Translations under genes and position numbers: made by a program
The notes under the pieces: generated by a model
The model's input: the letters and a program-made list of their open reading frames with translations, nothing else
The model's database searches: none
Told to the model about the DNA's origin: nothing
From: Chiloscyllium plagiosum
Taxonomy: Eukaryota
Length of the DNA stretch: 64,000 bases
Reading direction: 5' to 3'
Assembly (NCBI RefSeq): GCF_004010195.1
Contig: NC_057753.1
Location: 3,441,514 to 3,505,513 of the forward strand
Shown: one piece after another, positions 12,957 through 25,034 of the stretch
Layout of the letters: each line of letters starts with the position of its first letter
Position numbering within the stretch: the first letter of the stretch is position 1

Positions 12957-15900
12957 TAGAACCACAACAACACATTGGAAAGTTATGTGTGGAGTCAGAG
13001 GAGATATGGGAAGTGCTAAATGAATATTTTTCCTAAGTACTCTCACTAGAAAAATACGTTGTAGTCGAGCAGAATACTGAGATATAGGCTACTAGATGAG
13101 AAGGTATTGTGCTTCACAAAGAGGAGATGTTAGCAATTCTAGAAAGTATGAAAATAGTTAAGAACCTGGGCCGGATGGGAGTTATCCGAAAATTCTCTGA
13201 CATGCCATGGAGGAGATGGCAGAGCCTTTGGCTGTGAGTTTTATGTCCTCATTGTTGACACGAAAAGTGCAAGAAGAGTGGAGGATAGAAAGTTTTCCCC
13301 TTGTTCAAGAAGGGCAGTAAAGACGACATTGATAATTATAGACCAGTGAGCCTTTCTTTGGTTGTGGGTAACGTGTTGGGAAATGTTAGAAGAGATAGGA
13401 TTTATATTATTGTACACAGGAGTACGTTGATTAGGAATAGTCAGCACGGTTTTATGATGGGTAGGCCACGCCTCACAAACCTAATAGAGTTTTTAGAGAT
13501 GGTGACCAATCTGCTGGATGAGGGTAAAGCGGTTGATGTGGTGTATATGGGTTTCAGTAAGGCGTTTGATCAGATTTCCTGCGATAGGCTATTGCACAAA
13601 ATACGGAGGCATACTATTGAGGGTGATTTAGCACTTCGATCAGACATTGGTTAGCTGAAAGAAACTATTGTTTGAAGAGAAATATTCATCGTGAATTTCA
13701 GTTACTAGTCGTATACCGCAAGGACCTGTTTTGGGTCAACTGCTGTTTGTCACTTGTATAAATTAACTAGATGAGGGCGCAGACGGATCAGGTCGAAAAT
13801 TTGTGGATGGCACTAGGGTCGGTGGAGTTGTATATAGTGCTGAAGAATGTTGCAGGTTGTAGAGGAACATAGATGCGTTGCAGAGCTGGACGGAGAGATG
13901 GCAAGTGTAGGTTAATGTGGAAAAGTGTGAGGTGATTCACTTTGGATAGTGCAAAAGGAATAAAGACAGCCGGGCTAATGGGAAGATTCTTGGTGGTGTG
14001 GATGAGCAGAGGGATCTCGGTGTCCAGCTACATAGATCTCTGAACGTTGCTACCCACGCTGATATTGTAATTAAGAAGGCTTACAGTGTGTTAACTCTTA
14101 TTTGTGGAAGGAGTGAGATTCGGAACCATGAGGTCACGTTGCAGCTGTGCAAATTTCTGATGCAGCTGCATTTGGAGTATTGTGTACCGTTCTGGTCACT
14201 GCATTAGAGAAAGAATGCTGAAATTTTGGAAAGGGTTCAGAGGAGATTTGCTAGGATGTTGCCTGGTATGAGGAACGGCTGAGGGATTTGAGGCTGTTTT
14301 CATTCGAGAGAAGAAGGTTGAGAGGTGACTTAATTGAGTCATATAAGATAATCAGAAGTTAGAACGGGTAGTCAGTGGGAGCCTTTTTCCGAGGATGGTC
14401 ATGGCTATCACGTGATGTCATAACTTTGAAATGAGGGGCAATAGAGAGAGGATAGATGCCAGATATAGTTTCTTTACTCAGAGAGTAGTAGGGGAGCGGA
14501 AAGCTTTGGCGGCAACAGTAGTAGACTCGCCAACCTTAACGGCATTTGATTGGTCATTGGACAAACAGATGTATGAAAAAAGAATAGTGTAGATAGGCTT
14601 CGGAGTGGTTCTGCAGGTTGGTGCAACATCGAGAGTCGAAGGGTCTGTCCTGAGCAGTAATGTTCTATCTTCCATGTTCTATTAACTGGGTCACTGGATT
14701 AATCGGCTATCGCCTCCCCTTAAGACACTACCTCCCCAGTTACCCATGTACATCATTATCGTTGAGGAGTTCTTGCAGCTTCGAATGTTGAAATTTTCTT
14801 TTGAAAAATAGTCATTCATCGGATGAGGTCGTCACTGGCTCGGCTACTATTTAGTGCTCATCCAAAATTTTGGAGAAGCCATTGAAGAGTTACTTACCGG
14901 CCAGACTAGTTGAGGAGGACTGCTTCTTTTTCTAAAGTGAACAGCATGAAGTTTGGACATTCGAGGACGGGTTCGTTGTCCTCAGACTCTTAATTCCACG
15001 CAAAAAACGTTGAATTCTAATTACACCATCCATCTGCCGTAGATACTTTAACATTATTTAGAATCCAGGACCTCAGAACTTTACGTGGGTCTCTGGATTA
15101 ATAGGCTAGCAACAATACGATGAGGCAATCACAGTCCCTGTTTACACCATGAGTCGGAAAGTTGAAAGTGAGAATGAAGTCCTGTCCAAACAGGGAGTCC
15201 AAGTCGAGACTAGTCCGATCTGACAGTATGCTGTCTCAGAGGGTTGGATGACCGTGTGAATTTATTCTTGTACATTCCACAAGTGAATGACTATGGCTGC
15301 GTGTGAACGCACAGAGGGTCACACATCTTATTCCACCTCCTATGTGAATCCGCTGGATCCCCCTCACATCATGTGTAACAATAGCGGGACAATGTTATGT
15401 ATCATTCTACAGCATGAAACCTGTAGCCTTCTTTCACAAGTCGTGCCATTGCATGGTCCTACAGCCCTGCCACATGCTCCCACTCTGCAGGAGTGCTCAA
15501 AACCCTGTTGCACAACGTTATGCAGTGACGTATTTATTGATAGCATTGATTAGTGACATATTTTACTCTGCTAAATTTATGATTGTTTCTGATGGATCTT
15601 GGTTAAGCACTGAACTTAAATCGAAATGTCAGTTAGCTGCCATTGCATGTGTAGTTAAATACAGAAGGTTTGAATATATCACTCAATGTTTTTAATGGCA
15701 GATTTCTAAGGCAATTGATAATCATCAAATCTGAAATAGTATTTCAGGACTGCATTTGAATATGGCATGCTGATTTTCACATCTCTAAACATCGCAATTC
15801 TCACGATTCAATTATGAAATTGTCACTGTGAGTAGATTGGAAGTAGGGCATTAGTGTATTGACATCACAATTATCAATTTCTCATCACTACGAGTCAGTT

Positions 15901-16424
15901 CTGATCAAGTAATCTGGTGTGTTCTTATACCAAATCGACGTCAATGTCCAGTTCCAAGACAGATTGCCTGACAATAGCGCTTAAATTTATAACTCACTGT
16001 TATAGAACCTGTATGATTAAGTGCTGTCCAAGTAGGTGAGCAGGTCAGATTGGAGGCCTTGGGTGTGAGCAAACACCAGTGGAGTGAAAGATGCCGCTGT
16101 GTTACATTGTCAGCCTGGTTTACCTTCGATAGCATAAACACCCGTGTGCACAGTAAGCGACATTGACAAATAAGACTTTGCAAAAGGCAAACAAAGGGCT
16201 GCGACTGAACTCACAAATAATTGCCACATGGCGGTGGTGAGGTTTTTTTTGGCTCTGGCGATAGCACCAGGAGAATTTCTGACTAATTAGACAGCCCTGC
16301 AAGGAGAAAGAGGTGCAGCTGAGCAATCGTTTGGTTTCACCTGGCTGCACAACTGAATGAGGATATATGACTGGACGCTTTCAGCGAATGTGCCTGCAGT
16401 GGACAGGGCACTATTTATAAAGCA

Positions 16425-17335
16425 TCAACACTTCAGAAGTTTAACAAGCAATCTCAGTGGATATTTCAAACAATTCTTTAACTCGTCTCTGAATTTATTC
16501 TGGGTTCCCGCATAAATAAAAGGATTTATACAGGAACTCAGAAACTGAAGCATATACCCGGTTTCCTCCAGGATGAAGGACGACTTGCTATAGTCAGAAA
16601 CTGAGTAATAAGTAACTTTTGCAATTCGGACATAGAGCACGGTTACAAAATATACCGAATAAAGCAGAAGAAAACTACCTGAAATGCAAAAAAGTAAAAT
16701 AATGGACTTTTTCCGTTTCTCCACCTCTGAGTCACTCGGATTCTCTCCATTGCTCTGGGTGCGAAGTCTCCTGCGGGCTCGATTGGCCGCTAAAATATGC
16801 CTGACAGTCAGAGCATTGAGCAGTAAAATCAGAATGAATGGGAGGCAGGGGACGAGAATGGATCGAATCAAATCGTATGCGGCCCAGGCCTGTGAGGTGT
16901 TAGATACTAATTTTGGAACGCAGAACCAGGGAACGCCATTAATTATGTACAGTGGTTCAAATACAAAATAGAAAAATGCATTTTTAAAACAGCTCAGCGT
17001 GCAGACTCCCCCTATAACCCACTTCGCTGTAACTTCTGTACAGTATTTTAGTTTCAGCTTCTGGCAACAAATGGCAACAAATCGATCAAAGGTGAAAGCG
17101 ACCGTTAACCAGGCAGAACTATCTATTACTGAATAAATAAGGACAACGCGGAGACTGCATATCGGTGTGATGAATAAGAAACTGAATGGAAGATAAATGC
17201 CAGCAGTCCGGTTTATAATCACATTAACTATAATGACCAAGAGATCTGCTAACGCCATGGATACCACGTAGGAAATGATACATCCAGAGAGACCACATCG
17301 TCTTCGTTGTAAGATTATGATCACTGCCAAATTTG
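16425..17335 (-). CDS. Exon 2 of GPR139-like class A GPCR (gene B)
   Basis: Acceptor TTCTCTCTGTTACAG|CA; 911 nt open frame covering TM1b-TM7 with MALADL, C3.25 (TPIC), FTFDRFVAIC, WFC and INPFIY. With exon 1 gives 981 nt = 326 aa. Confidence 0.95.
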
Positions 17336-18775
17336 CTGTAACAGAGAGAATGAAGATGGAATAGTGAGAATTATGTCGGAGAGAGCAAGAGCAATGAAAT
17401 CATTAGTCCAAATTTCAATAAAATTATACTATTTTACAGAATTGTTTGAGAAAGTCAGACGTGTGTGGTCAGTTTTTGCATTGAAAAGTACGCTTCATAC
17501 CAGTTCAAGAGTTTCAATTAAAATTGGAACAATAATCTTAATTGAAAGCAAGTTATGTGAGTGACAAGAATCATCAATAATAGACGTAATAACGGAGAGA
17601 AAAATGATGTAAAAACACTTCAGAACATGCACGGGAAAAGATTGGAAGAATACTATGTATGCACTGAGTGGCATAAAAGACAAAACAACAACTAAACACG
17701 TAAAGTCTGTCCAGAGAATTCATTGCATTTTGTTGACTTAAACAATGCCCAAAAGTTATGAACTTTTGTAAAGCAGTTCTCTGTTGAAACAACCTGCAGA
17801 TAATATCAATAAAAACATCCAGAGGCATAGTGAGGTGGATGAAGTGAGGATTTCTTCGGCTTTGCACAGGAAACATTGCTAAAGATGTAACAGTATTTAT
17901 CATTTATGTAGCGGGAAACGTCAATGCTAACCCGAAGAACTGGACATTTGCAAATGCCGAGATCTCATTCGGAGAACATCTCCGACAACACCACAGCCCT
18001 CAATGTTCTAGTTTACTGTAAGGAGAATTGAGCACTTCTGTGGAGTGCTAGATATTATCTTTGTGATGCTCACTCACAGGAGTCTTCCCAATAGCACTAT
18101 AGCACAACACTTATATTGAGATGATAATGGTAAAGGTACAAATTCCATCGTTATAGGTATCTGTTTAAAAATGATTTAAACAAATGTTGTCACTTGACGA
18201 ACAATATATTGTATGTAAATACATTTTACGAAACTATGACGATGAGCTGGAATACATTATTTCATGGAGACAATGTTCAAAACTGAATTGAAAGTTATAC
18301 AGGTTTACGGGGAGAATGTGTGAGAACAGCATTAAATGAATTCCTTATCTGCAGACCGGACACACACAACACTGATCAAATGCCGTCCTCAGCACTGAGC
18401 TATTTCTGAACTCCCATAAAGAGAAGGTACAGCTCAGCTATTAAGGGAACGTACACTTTATTGTGGAAACATATCTTAAAGAAACTCAACTAAGAAGGAA
18501 GATAAATCATATTCGCAAAAGTGAGAACATAGACGATCAATAATGACCATGTAAACAAGGAAATTAATTATTCCATTAATGCAGAGAATATTCTTAATGG
18601 CAGGTTGTAAAAATGCGACTAAAGATAAGAAAACCTCCCTATTAAAAGAAAACAGAGTTCTTTAACTTGTGAATGAAATATCCGCAAAGTGAAAATGGGC
18701 TAGTAGTGATAAACAAAGAGGGGTGATTCAACAAATCTATGAATCGTGTAATAATAAATGAGTACAAATCTTTAC

Positions 18776-18845
18776 CTGGTATCCCGATAGCTGCAAGCAA
18801 ATTATAATAAATGGAAAACAACAGACCTTTTGGTGATATGTGCAT
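18776..18845 (-). CDS. Exon 1 of gene B
   Basis: MHISPKGLLFSIYYNLLAAIGIP+G with donor CCAG|GTAAAG. Phase matches exon 2 (G|CA AAT = A-N). Intron 17336-18775. Confidence 0.9.
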
Positions 18846-18894
18846 TTCTATCAGAGGTTTTAGGCACATTCAGCGTTATGTTGTATTTTCCTCA

Positions 18895-18929
18895 TTTATA
18901 CATGAGTCAAGCTCAAGGGATTTAATTAG
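18895..18929 (-). promoter_or_regulatory. Gene B proximal promoter: TATA, AP-1-like site, homeodomain/EBF-like composite
   Basis: TATAAA 18900-18895; TGACTCA 18909-18903; CTAATTAAATCCCTTGAG 18929-18912. Confidence 0.7.
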
Positions 18930-19129
18930 ATAGTTGAAACTGGTACAGTAATCAACATAGTTGTTGGAAAAAAACAAATAAATGCAACTGCAGTTGGGTG
19001 TGCTTCGATGGAATGGAACTCGAATTGGAAATGTCCAGGGAGTGCAAAACGCTTTAACCCAGTTTCTTTTTTAATGTTCATGGCCAGTGTTTTCATCTAT
19101 TCTATATATTAAAACCATCTATACTTCTT

Positions 19130-19330
19130 ACTGATTCAGAAAGGCAGCCAAATCATGGAATGGCCCTCCCAATCCAAGTATAATCTCTTCCAATCTCTGC
19201 CATCAGGCAGAAGATACAAAAGCTTAAAGACATGTACCAATACGTTCAAGAACCGCTTCTTTACAACTCTTATTAGATTTCTGAATTGACCTTTCGAATT
19301 CGAAACCAAGTGTTGTTCTTGATCGTCTTT
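19130..19330 (+). mobile_element. Rex1/Babar LINE 3' fragment
   Basis: CTGCCATCAGGCAGAAGATAC...TTCAAGAACCGCTTCTT (LPSGRRY...FKN.F motif), similar to about 30150-30230. Confidence 0.55.
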
Positions 19331-22300
19331 GCACCCTCGCGTTGTTCATCCGATAGTTTCCAGATCATATGATTTTGGTACTGCTCCGACAGTCTCCTGT
19401 GTTGTGTGTTCTGAAGCATTATTCATTATGATCTTATTGGCCGGAAGAGTAGGTTCCAAGGATTGGATGGCCGACTCCTACTTCCAATTGATGTATTCAT
19501 GTATATGCTCCTCTTCAAGGTATTTACAACGTCTCAGGTGTAAGCCCAGCCATGACATATTTTCATGGGGCTTCAGACTGAAAGAAATGAGCCTTTATTC
19601 TCTGTCTTTCAATGTAACCCCTAATGAGTCTTTGTGAAAGACGTGCTCAGGTTTAAGAAGCAAATCGTGTTCTAAACAGGGTAAGAGATCGAGCTTAATT
19701 TAGTTAAAGGGGGAGCGAAAGAACGATTGATTGATTGATTGATTAATTGTTATATGTATCTTGCTGCAAACTTGACTGGTTGGAGTAAGCAAAGTAGAAG
19801 GAAGGCAGTGGGTAGAATTCAGAAATCTAGGCAGCAAATCATGAGTAGAAACCAGTTGGTCCTACTTTACAGTTCGAGAGCTCGTTCCAGTCCTGACCTC
19901 AATCTTGGTTCAGCATGAATCACAATGCACACGCAGCCACCTTCTTACCCAGATCAGACTTTATACTTTGCACATCAATATACATGCTTTCTACTCAACC
20001 TCCAAGATGTTACGACCTGCCTATGGAGCAAGTTGCATTTGAGCTCTGGTCAAATCTGCTTAGTAGTGGAGACACTACCACTGCACGACAAACGTTTTAC
20101 TGCAGTGTATCCAGCATTGTAAAGAACTGGCAGCAAATTTTAGGGCTTTGATACAGTTTGGCGCCTTAGTTCGAGAAAATGCAATTAACAATATCCACAT
20201 TCAACATGTAAAAATGAGTGGTCACGAGAGCAGCCTAAGAGATTGGCGAATGTAAGGAGAAAAGTTTGAGATAGATTAGTCGATGATATTTCACGCAGGT
20301 CCAGAAAAATGCTTCACATGGGGAGAACAATATAGGAAAAGGATACTTTGCATAAATGGAAAGAAGTTCATCCACATAAAATTCCTGACAGGCATAACTC
20401 CAGTGAATCATTTGATGCTATTGTAAAATGAAACGTGTGAAACGTGTGAAACAAATCATCTATGTCGTGTTTCCCCGTTTGAAATGGTGGTAAGCTCTGC
20501 CACTTCTGAGTCAAAACATTATAGTTTCAAGCGCTATTCTCGGACAGGTGTGTCATGGCAATGCTTGTAGTTGCTTTTCAGTTAGGTTGCTAAACTGAAG
20601 CAAAATCGAAACCCAATGCATATAGAGACTCTGCACCAATTTAATGGAGAGCTGTTGTTCATATTACAATACAATGAACAACATGCGCATGGTTCAAAGA
20701 TTAAGCATTACAACAATGAGCACCTCGAGGAAATGTAGATTCATTTAGTATGTGATGGTTAACTCAACAAACTGCAGCAATACACAGCATAGCGAAGTTT
20801 ATATCATGGCAGGGAATGACAATACTCCCACAGTAAGAACATCCATAACAGCAAGCAAATTAATTTATAGCATGTCACCGCATTGTCAATGCCTGTTACT
20901 GTAACAACACAAATAACGAACAAGAAAAGTTTATTGTGGTGCAGAGTCTCTCACAGTGGCACACTACCCATAACTGTGGCAGTGTCCATATCTCTGGGAC
21001 GGCTGGCTCGGATTCACATTACCCAATGCTCCAGGGGTTTGTACCTCTGAACAGATTTATTCGTTAAATGAACGTGGAGCTTAACTTTCATATGACTTTG
21101 CATGAAAATATATGTACACTGTTCGTATCAATAACAGACCAGAATTACGTTGAAAGCATGAGTCGGTAACAAGCAGTGCAAAAATACCAAATGTAGAGAG
21201 GACGTCGTTCTGGAGTTTGCATGTTAGTTGATCAAAAGGAGAATGATTTATAACTTGAATGTTAACATACTGTTTCTCTCAAGACATTTTAATACCACTA
21301 TGAGAAATATGAAATAGACAAATATAATGAAAGCTCATTATGTTCATGAAGAATAAATGATTAAATGGAGAGTTGAAATGGATAGTTGGAAAAAAGTTTG
21401 ATTTTTGGGGGAGGGACTATATCATATTTGTTAATGGTATAAAGAAAGGTTTGTCTTAGTAAATAGACAAGTGATCTACTTAAATGTGGAAATGACATCA
21501 CTACCACTTAGAAAAATATGACAAAATGGGAGGTATGCAAATCCTTACATAACTAGCAACAGTTACCATAACTATACGATGTTGCAAGAACAGGATAGTA
21601 AATTGCAAACAATAAGCGTTTTGGTGGTGACTGCAGTTCTGGTCAAAGTTCTACACATCTCCTTCATCATGTTCAAAGGTGGTCATATTTACTCTTCATG
21701 TCTTTTTCCATACAGAAAATTAGTTGGTTTTGCCTGTTCATGACACTAATTGAAAGGGTAAAAAATTAACACAAACTTGTGAAATTATGGCTGGTGCTGC
21801 CAGTGTGTTTTATCAAATGGATATTTTGGAACTGCATTTTTCCCAACATTGAAACTCACAGAGACGACAAAAAAGCTAGTCAGGCTTTTCCTTTGTTCAT
21901 CCAAAACAAACAAAAACAACGTTCAATGAAAAATTGGAGATATTTCGTGAAATTCAACTTTGGAACCGCAGAATTATTACTTTTAGTTCCTTGACGCTGA
22001 ATTCAATGATCATTGCACAAGTTACAACTAAGCATGAACATGTTGATTAAATAAGTTGGTAAATTCTAAGTTTAACTGACACGATAAGTGCTTTCACACG
22101 GTCTTCTGTGTTTTCGTTGTGGAGAAATGCAGTTCAGAAATGTTACAATTAGTCCTCAAATGCCATATTTAGCTTAATTTTGGAATAAATTAGTGCAGTC
22201 CAGATTAATTATATATTTTGTGTACGGGTTCTCATGATGCTGGTGGCCTTGATAATGGAAAGGTTCACTCCTGCATGGTTGCACCCAATTCCATTTCAGC

Positions 22301-23167
22301 ACAGGTAACTTTTGCGCAGGCAACTACAACCACTACTGCCATAATCAGTACTGATTAATCCGGGACAAGCTTCGTGTGATTGTATTGAAAATCTCGTTCA
22401 GTGTCATTAATTTCAGCGCAGAACTACCCGCAGCAATACTGTTATAATCAGTGTTAACATGTTCGGGTCAGCTCAGTGAAGATTATGGTGAATATAACGA
22501 ATGTAGAACATAACCATTCAGTGTTTCCCGGTACATCAATATATTTAGTGAAAACATGTACGGGTTAAAGTAGTCACATTCAATGTGCATCAGCTTAGTT
22601 CAGTGAAGATACATTTCGTCGAAAAAAAATCAAGCTTCACGTCCTGAGTGGATAAGATGTTATTCAGCACTAGAACTTCCACCTCAATATTATACTACCA
22701 GTGTGGGATGCAACATAGCCGAAACGTTAAGTTCAGTTTTAAATAACAACAACATTGACTAGAGTTAATATTCAGGAGCGGCAGCAACTATCGCCATATA
22801 TCGCCATATATTGTCAGACCTGCTGAGCACTTCCGCAATTTAACAATTATTTTTCAATTTAAACGTCTCAAACCTTCTGTTTTCTGTTTTACACGTTTAC
22901 GTGTGCAGGAGCAGTTCTAAACATATTAAGTCAAAATGAGCATGGTTGGATCAGCACGGCATTTTATAGCTTATGCAGATCAAATTATACAGTGTCACTT
23001 TTGGCGTGGACTTCTCTTCAATCTACTTCGCATGTGTTGTGAAAACCTTCACTTCATTCCCTTCCCACCTCAATGCCTGGTTCTTCAATTATCATTTGGA
23101 AGTTCTGGATGCCCAGTGTCACAGTTTCTTGAAATATCTTCGGTGAAAATTATGCACTCCATACGCA

Positions 23168-23410
23168 AACAACGCTCTCCAATTAATCTCAACTTGTTGT
23201 CTTGAAAAAAAATCAAACAATTTCCATTGATCATCGCTTCCCTCAATTTATATTTTTCAGTGAACAATTTACGTTTTAGTTCCACTTCAACAACGCTCTC
23301 CAATTAATCTCAACTTGTTGTCTTGAAAAAAAAATCAAACAATTTCCATTGATCATCGCTTCCCTCAATTTATATTTTTCAGTGAACAATTTACGTTTTA
23401 GTTCCACTTC
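23168..23410. repeat. Near-perfect tandem duplication, 121/122-bp unit
   Basis: 23168-23288 repeated at 23289-23410, differing only by one A in a poly-A run. Confidence 0.95.
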
Positions 23411-23719
23411 ATCCTTCATATACATCTGATCCCCTGTGTCACCTCACATGCCGTAGCCATGTCCACATTTCTTGGTTGTTCGAGTCCTAAGCTTTCATTT
23501 TGCCTGACGTGTCTATCAGTGCACTAACTACTTCTATGTATGTAATGCGTTTACTTGAAAATTCCACCCTCCTCACGCCTTTATTTGGTATATCTCTGGA
23601 AATTCGAACTCCTTCCCAAATTTGATTTGCCCTGGTCTGACCATAGACCACGTCCCATTATTCACTGCAATTCCATTACCTCCAGATGTACTTGTCACCA
23701 GAGTTTTCTGCCAATTTGA

Positions 23720-24900
23720 TTAACTCTGCGAGATATCAAAAAAGAAACGTTTGGACGCACTGGATCCTGTAAAATCTATGGCCTCTGACATCATTCTGGC
23801 AATAGTTCTAAAGGTTTGCATTCCAGAAATTACCACGCCCGAGCCAAGTTGTTCCAGTACAGCTACAACACTGGCATCTACATGACAATGTAGGAAATAC
23901 ACACACGTGTGTGTTGCGCAAAAAAGGAAAAAATTCAATTTGGTCATTCACTGTTCCATCAGAGTAATCTTGATCATCGGTGAAGTGTTTGAAAGTAACA
24001 TGAAAACTGTTTTCAGAACCACATTTAAAAAAAAAGACCTGCATTTCAGAGATGAGATGTAAGACACTGCCCTTGAAATTGAAAGTGATGCTCCTTTTGA
24101 TCAAGAATGGCATAATTGAACTCTATCAATACTGGTCTCAGTGGGAATCAGGAAGAAACTGTCTAGTGGTTCGTGGCTTGGCTGGCACAAAAGCTGTGGT
24201 CGTTTTAGGCCTGTCAAAACATCTCTAGAACGTCACTGCAGGAGCTTCTCACAGTGGTGTCTTCGGTCCCAGCTTCAGCTTCAGTGATCTTACCTCATCC
24301 TGGTCACTATCCTAATGCAGAAGCAGTCCACACCCAAATACTGCAAAACCTTGACATTATCCAAGTTCGAGCTGTCAAAAGACACAATTGCGTTTCACGT
24401 CATGGAAGTGCCAGGCATGGAGCATTTCCACCAAAAGACAAGCTGAGCATCGCCTCGTGACTTTCAAGTACACTGCCACCACAGTCTGTGAACATCGTGA
24501 TGCAGAATTGAACTTAACTGATCTTGTATATTAGTCGCTACGAATGCAGCTCAGAGATGTGGAATCATATTGCCAGTAACTCTCCACAGAACTTCCTAAA
24601 AGGCTTGCTCCATCTTAGAAGCACAAGTTAGGAGTGTTATGGATTGAACTTCATTTGCCTGGATAAGTGTAGCTCCTACAGCGCTTAAGAAGCTTGACAA
24701 CATTCAGGACAAAATTATTTATTTGATTTGCACTTCATCGAGAATTCTTCACTGAGTCTACGACTAACACTGTGAAGCATCTCAAAAGATATACCACATA
24801 AATTACCCAAAGTTCATCAGGGAACACCTTCCAAATCCAGACGCACTACGCTGCAGAAGTTCTGCGGCAGCAAATATAAGGCAATATATTTATGACATTG
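23720..24900 (+). mobile_element. Old fragments of the same LINE family as 6620-8530
   Basis: Shared segments, e.g. TTCCAGTACAGCTACAACACTGGCATCTAC vs 7088-7117. Confidence 0.6.
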
Positions 24901-25034
24901 AATTGATTCATCTTGCAGTTGTATAAATGTCTTATCAGCGTTATCCACCTGGTCTAACCCATTTGGAACATTATGTATGTGCTTGTGTGCGATTGACAAC
25001 AGGGACATATTTTAAGCATGTTGATGTAAGCTGC

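Larger units (their letters stand above)
11266..14682 (+). mobile_element. Rearranged CR1 (ORF1 end, EN, RT, 3' tail) with internal inversion about 11990-12625
   Basis: FTARSIRNKV, DFNFPNIDW, FKKGSKDDIDNYRPVSL and HLEYCVPFWS on +; 11990-12625 reads as CR1 on -; ends ATGTTCTA; absent from the gene D paralogous block. Confidence 0.85.

Noticed and set aside
16118..16130. Donor-like AAG|GTAAA about 300 nt past the stop in B and D (58090-58100)
   Set aside because: Could be a 3'UTR intron, but no acceptor or transcript evidence; shared ancestry explains it.
16684..16971. Plus-strand ORFs antisense to genes B and D (also 58755-59141)
   Set aside because: Shadow ORFs of the GPCR exons with no independent support.
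18846..18869. Upstream in-frame ATG (MCLKPLIE), also present in gene D at 60809
   Set aside because: It lies about 30 nt from the TATA box, at the expected transcription start. Gene A's conserved start matches the downstream GAAATGCA. Not fully excluded.
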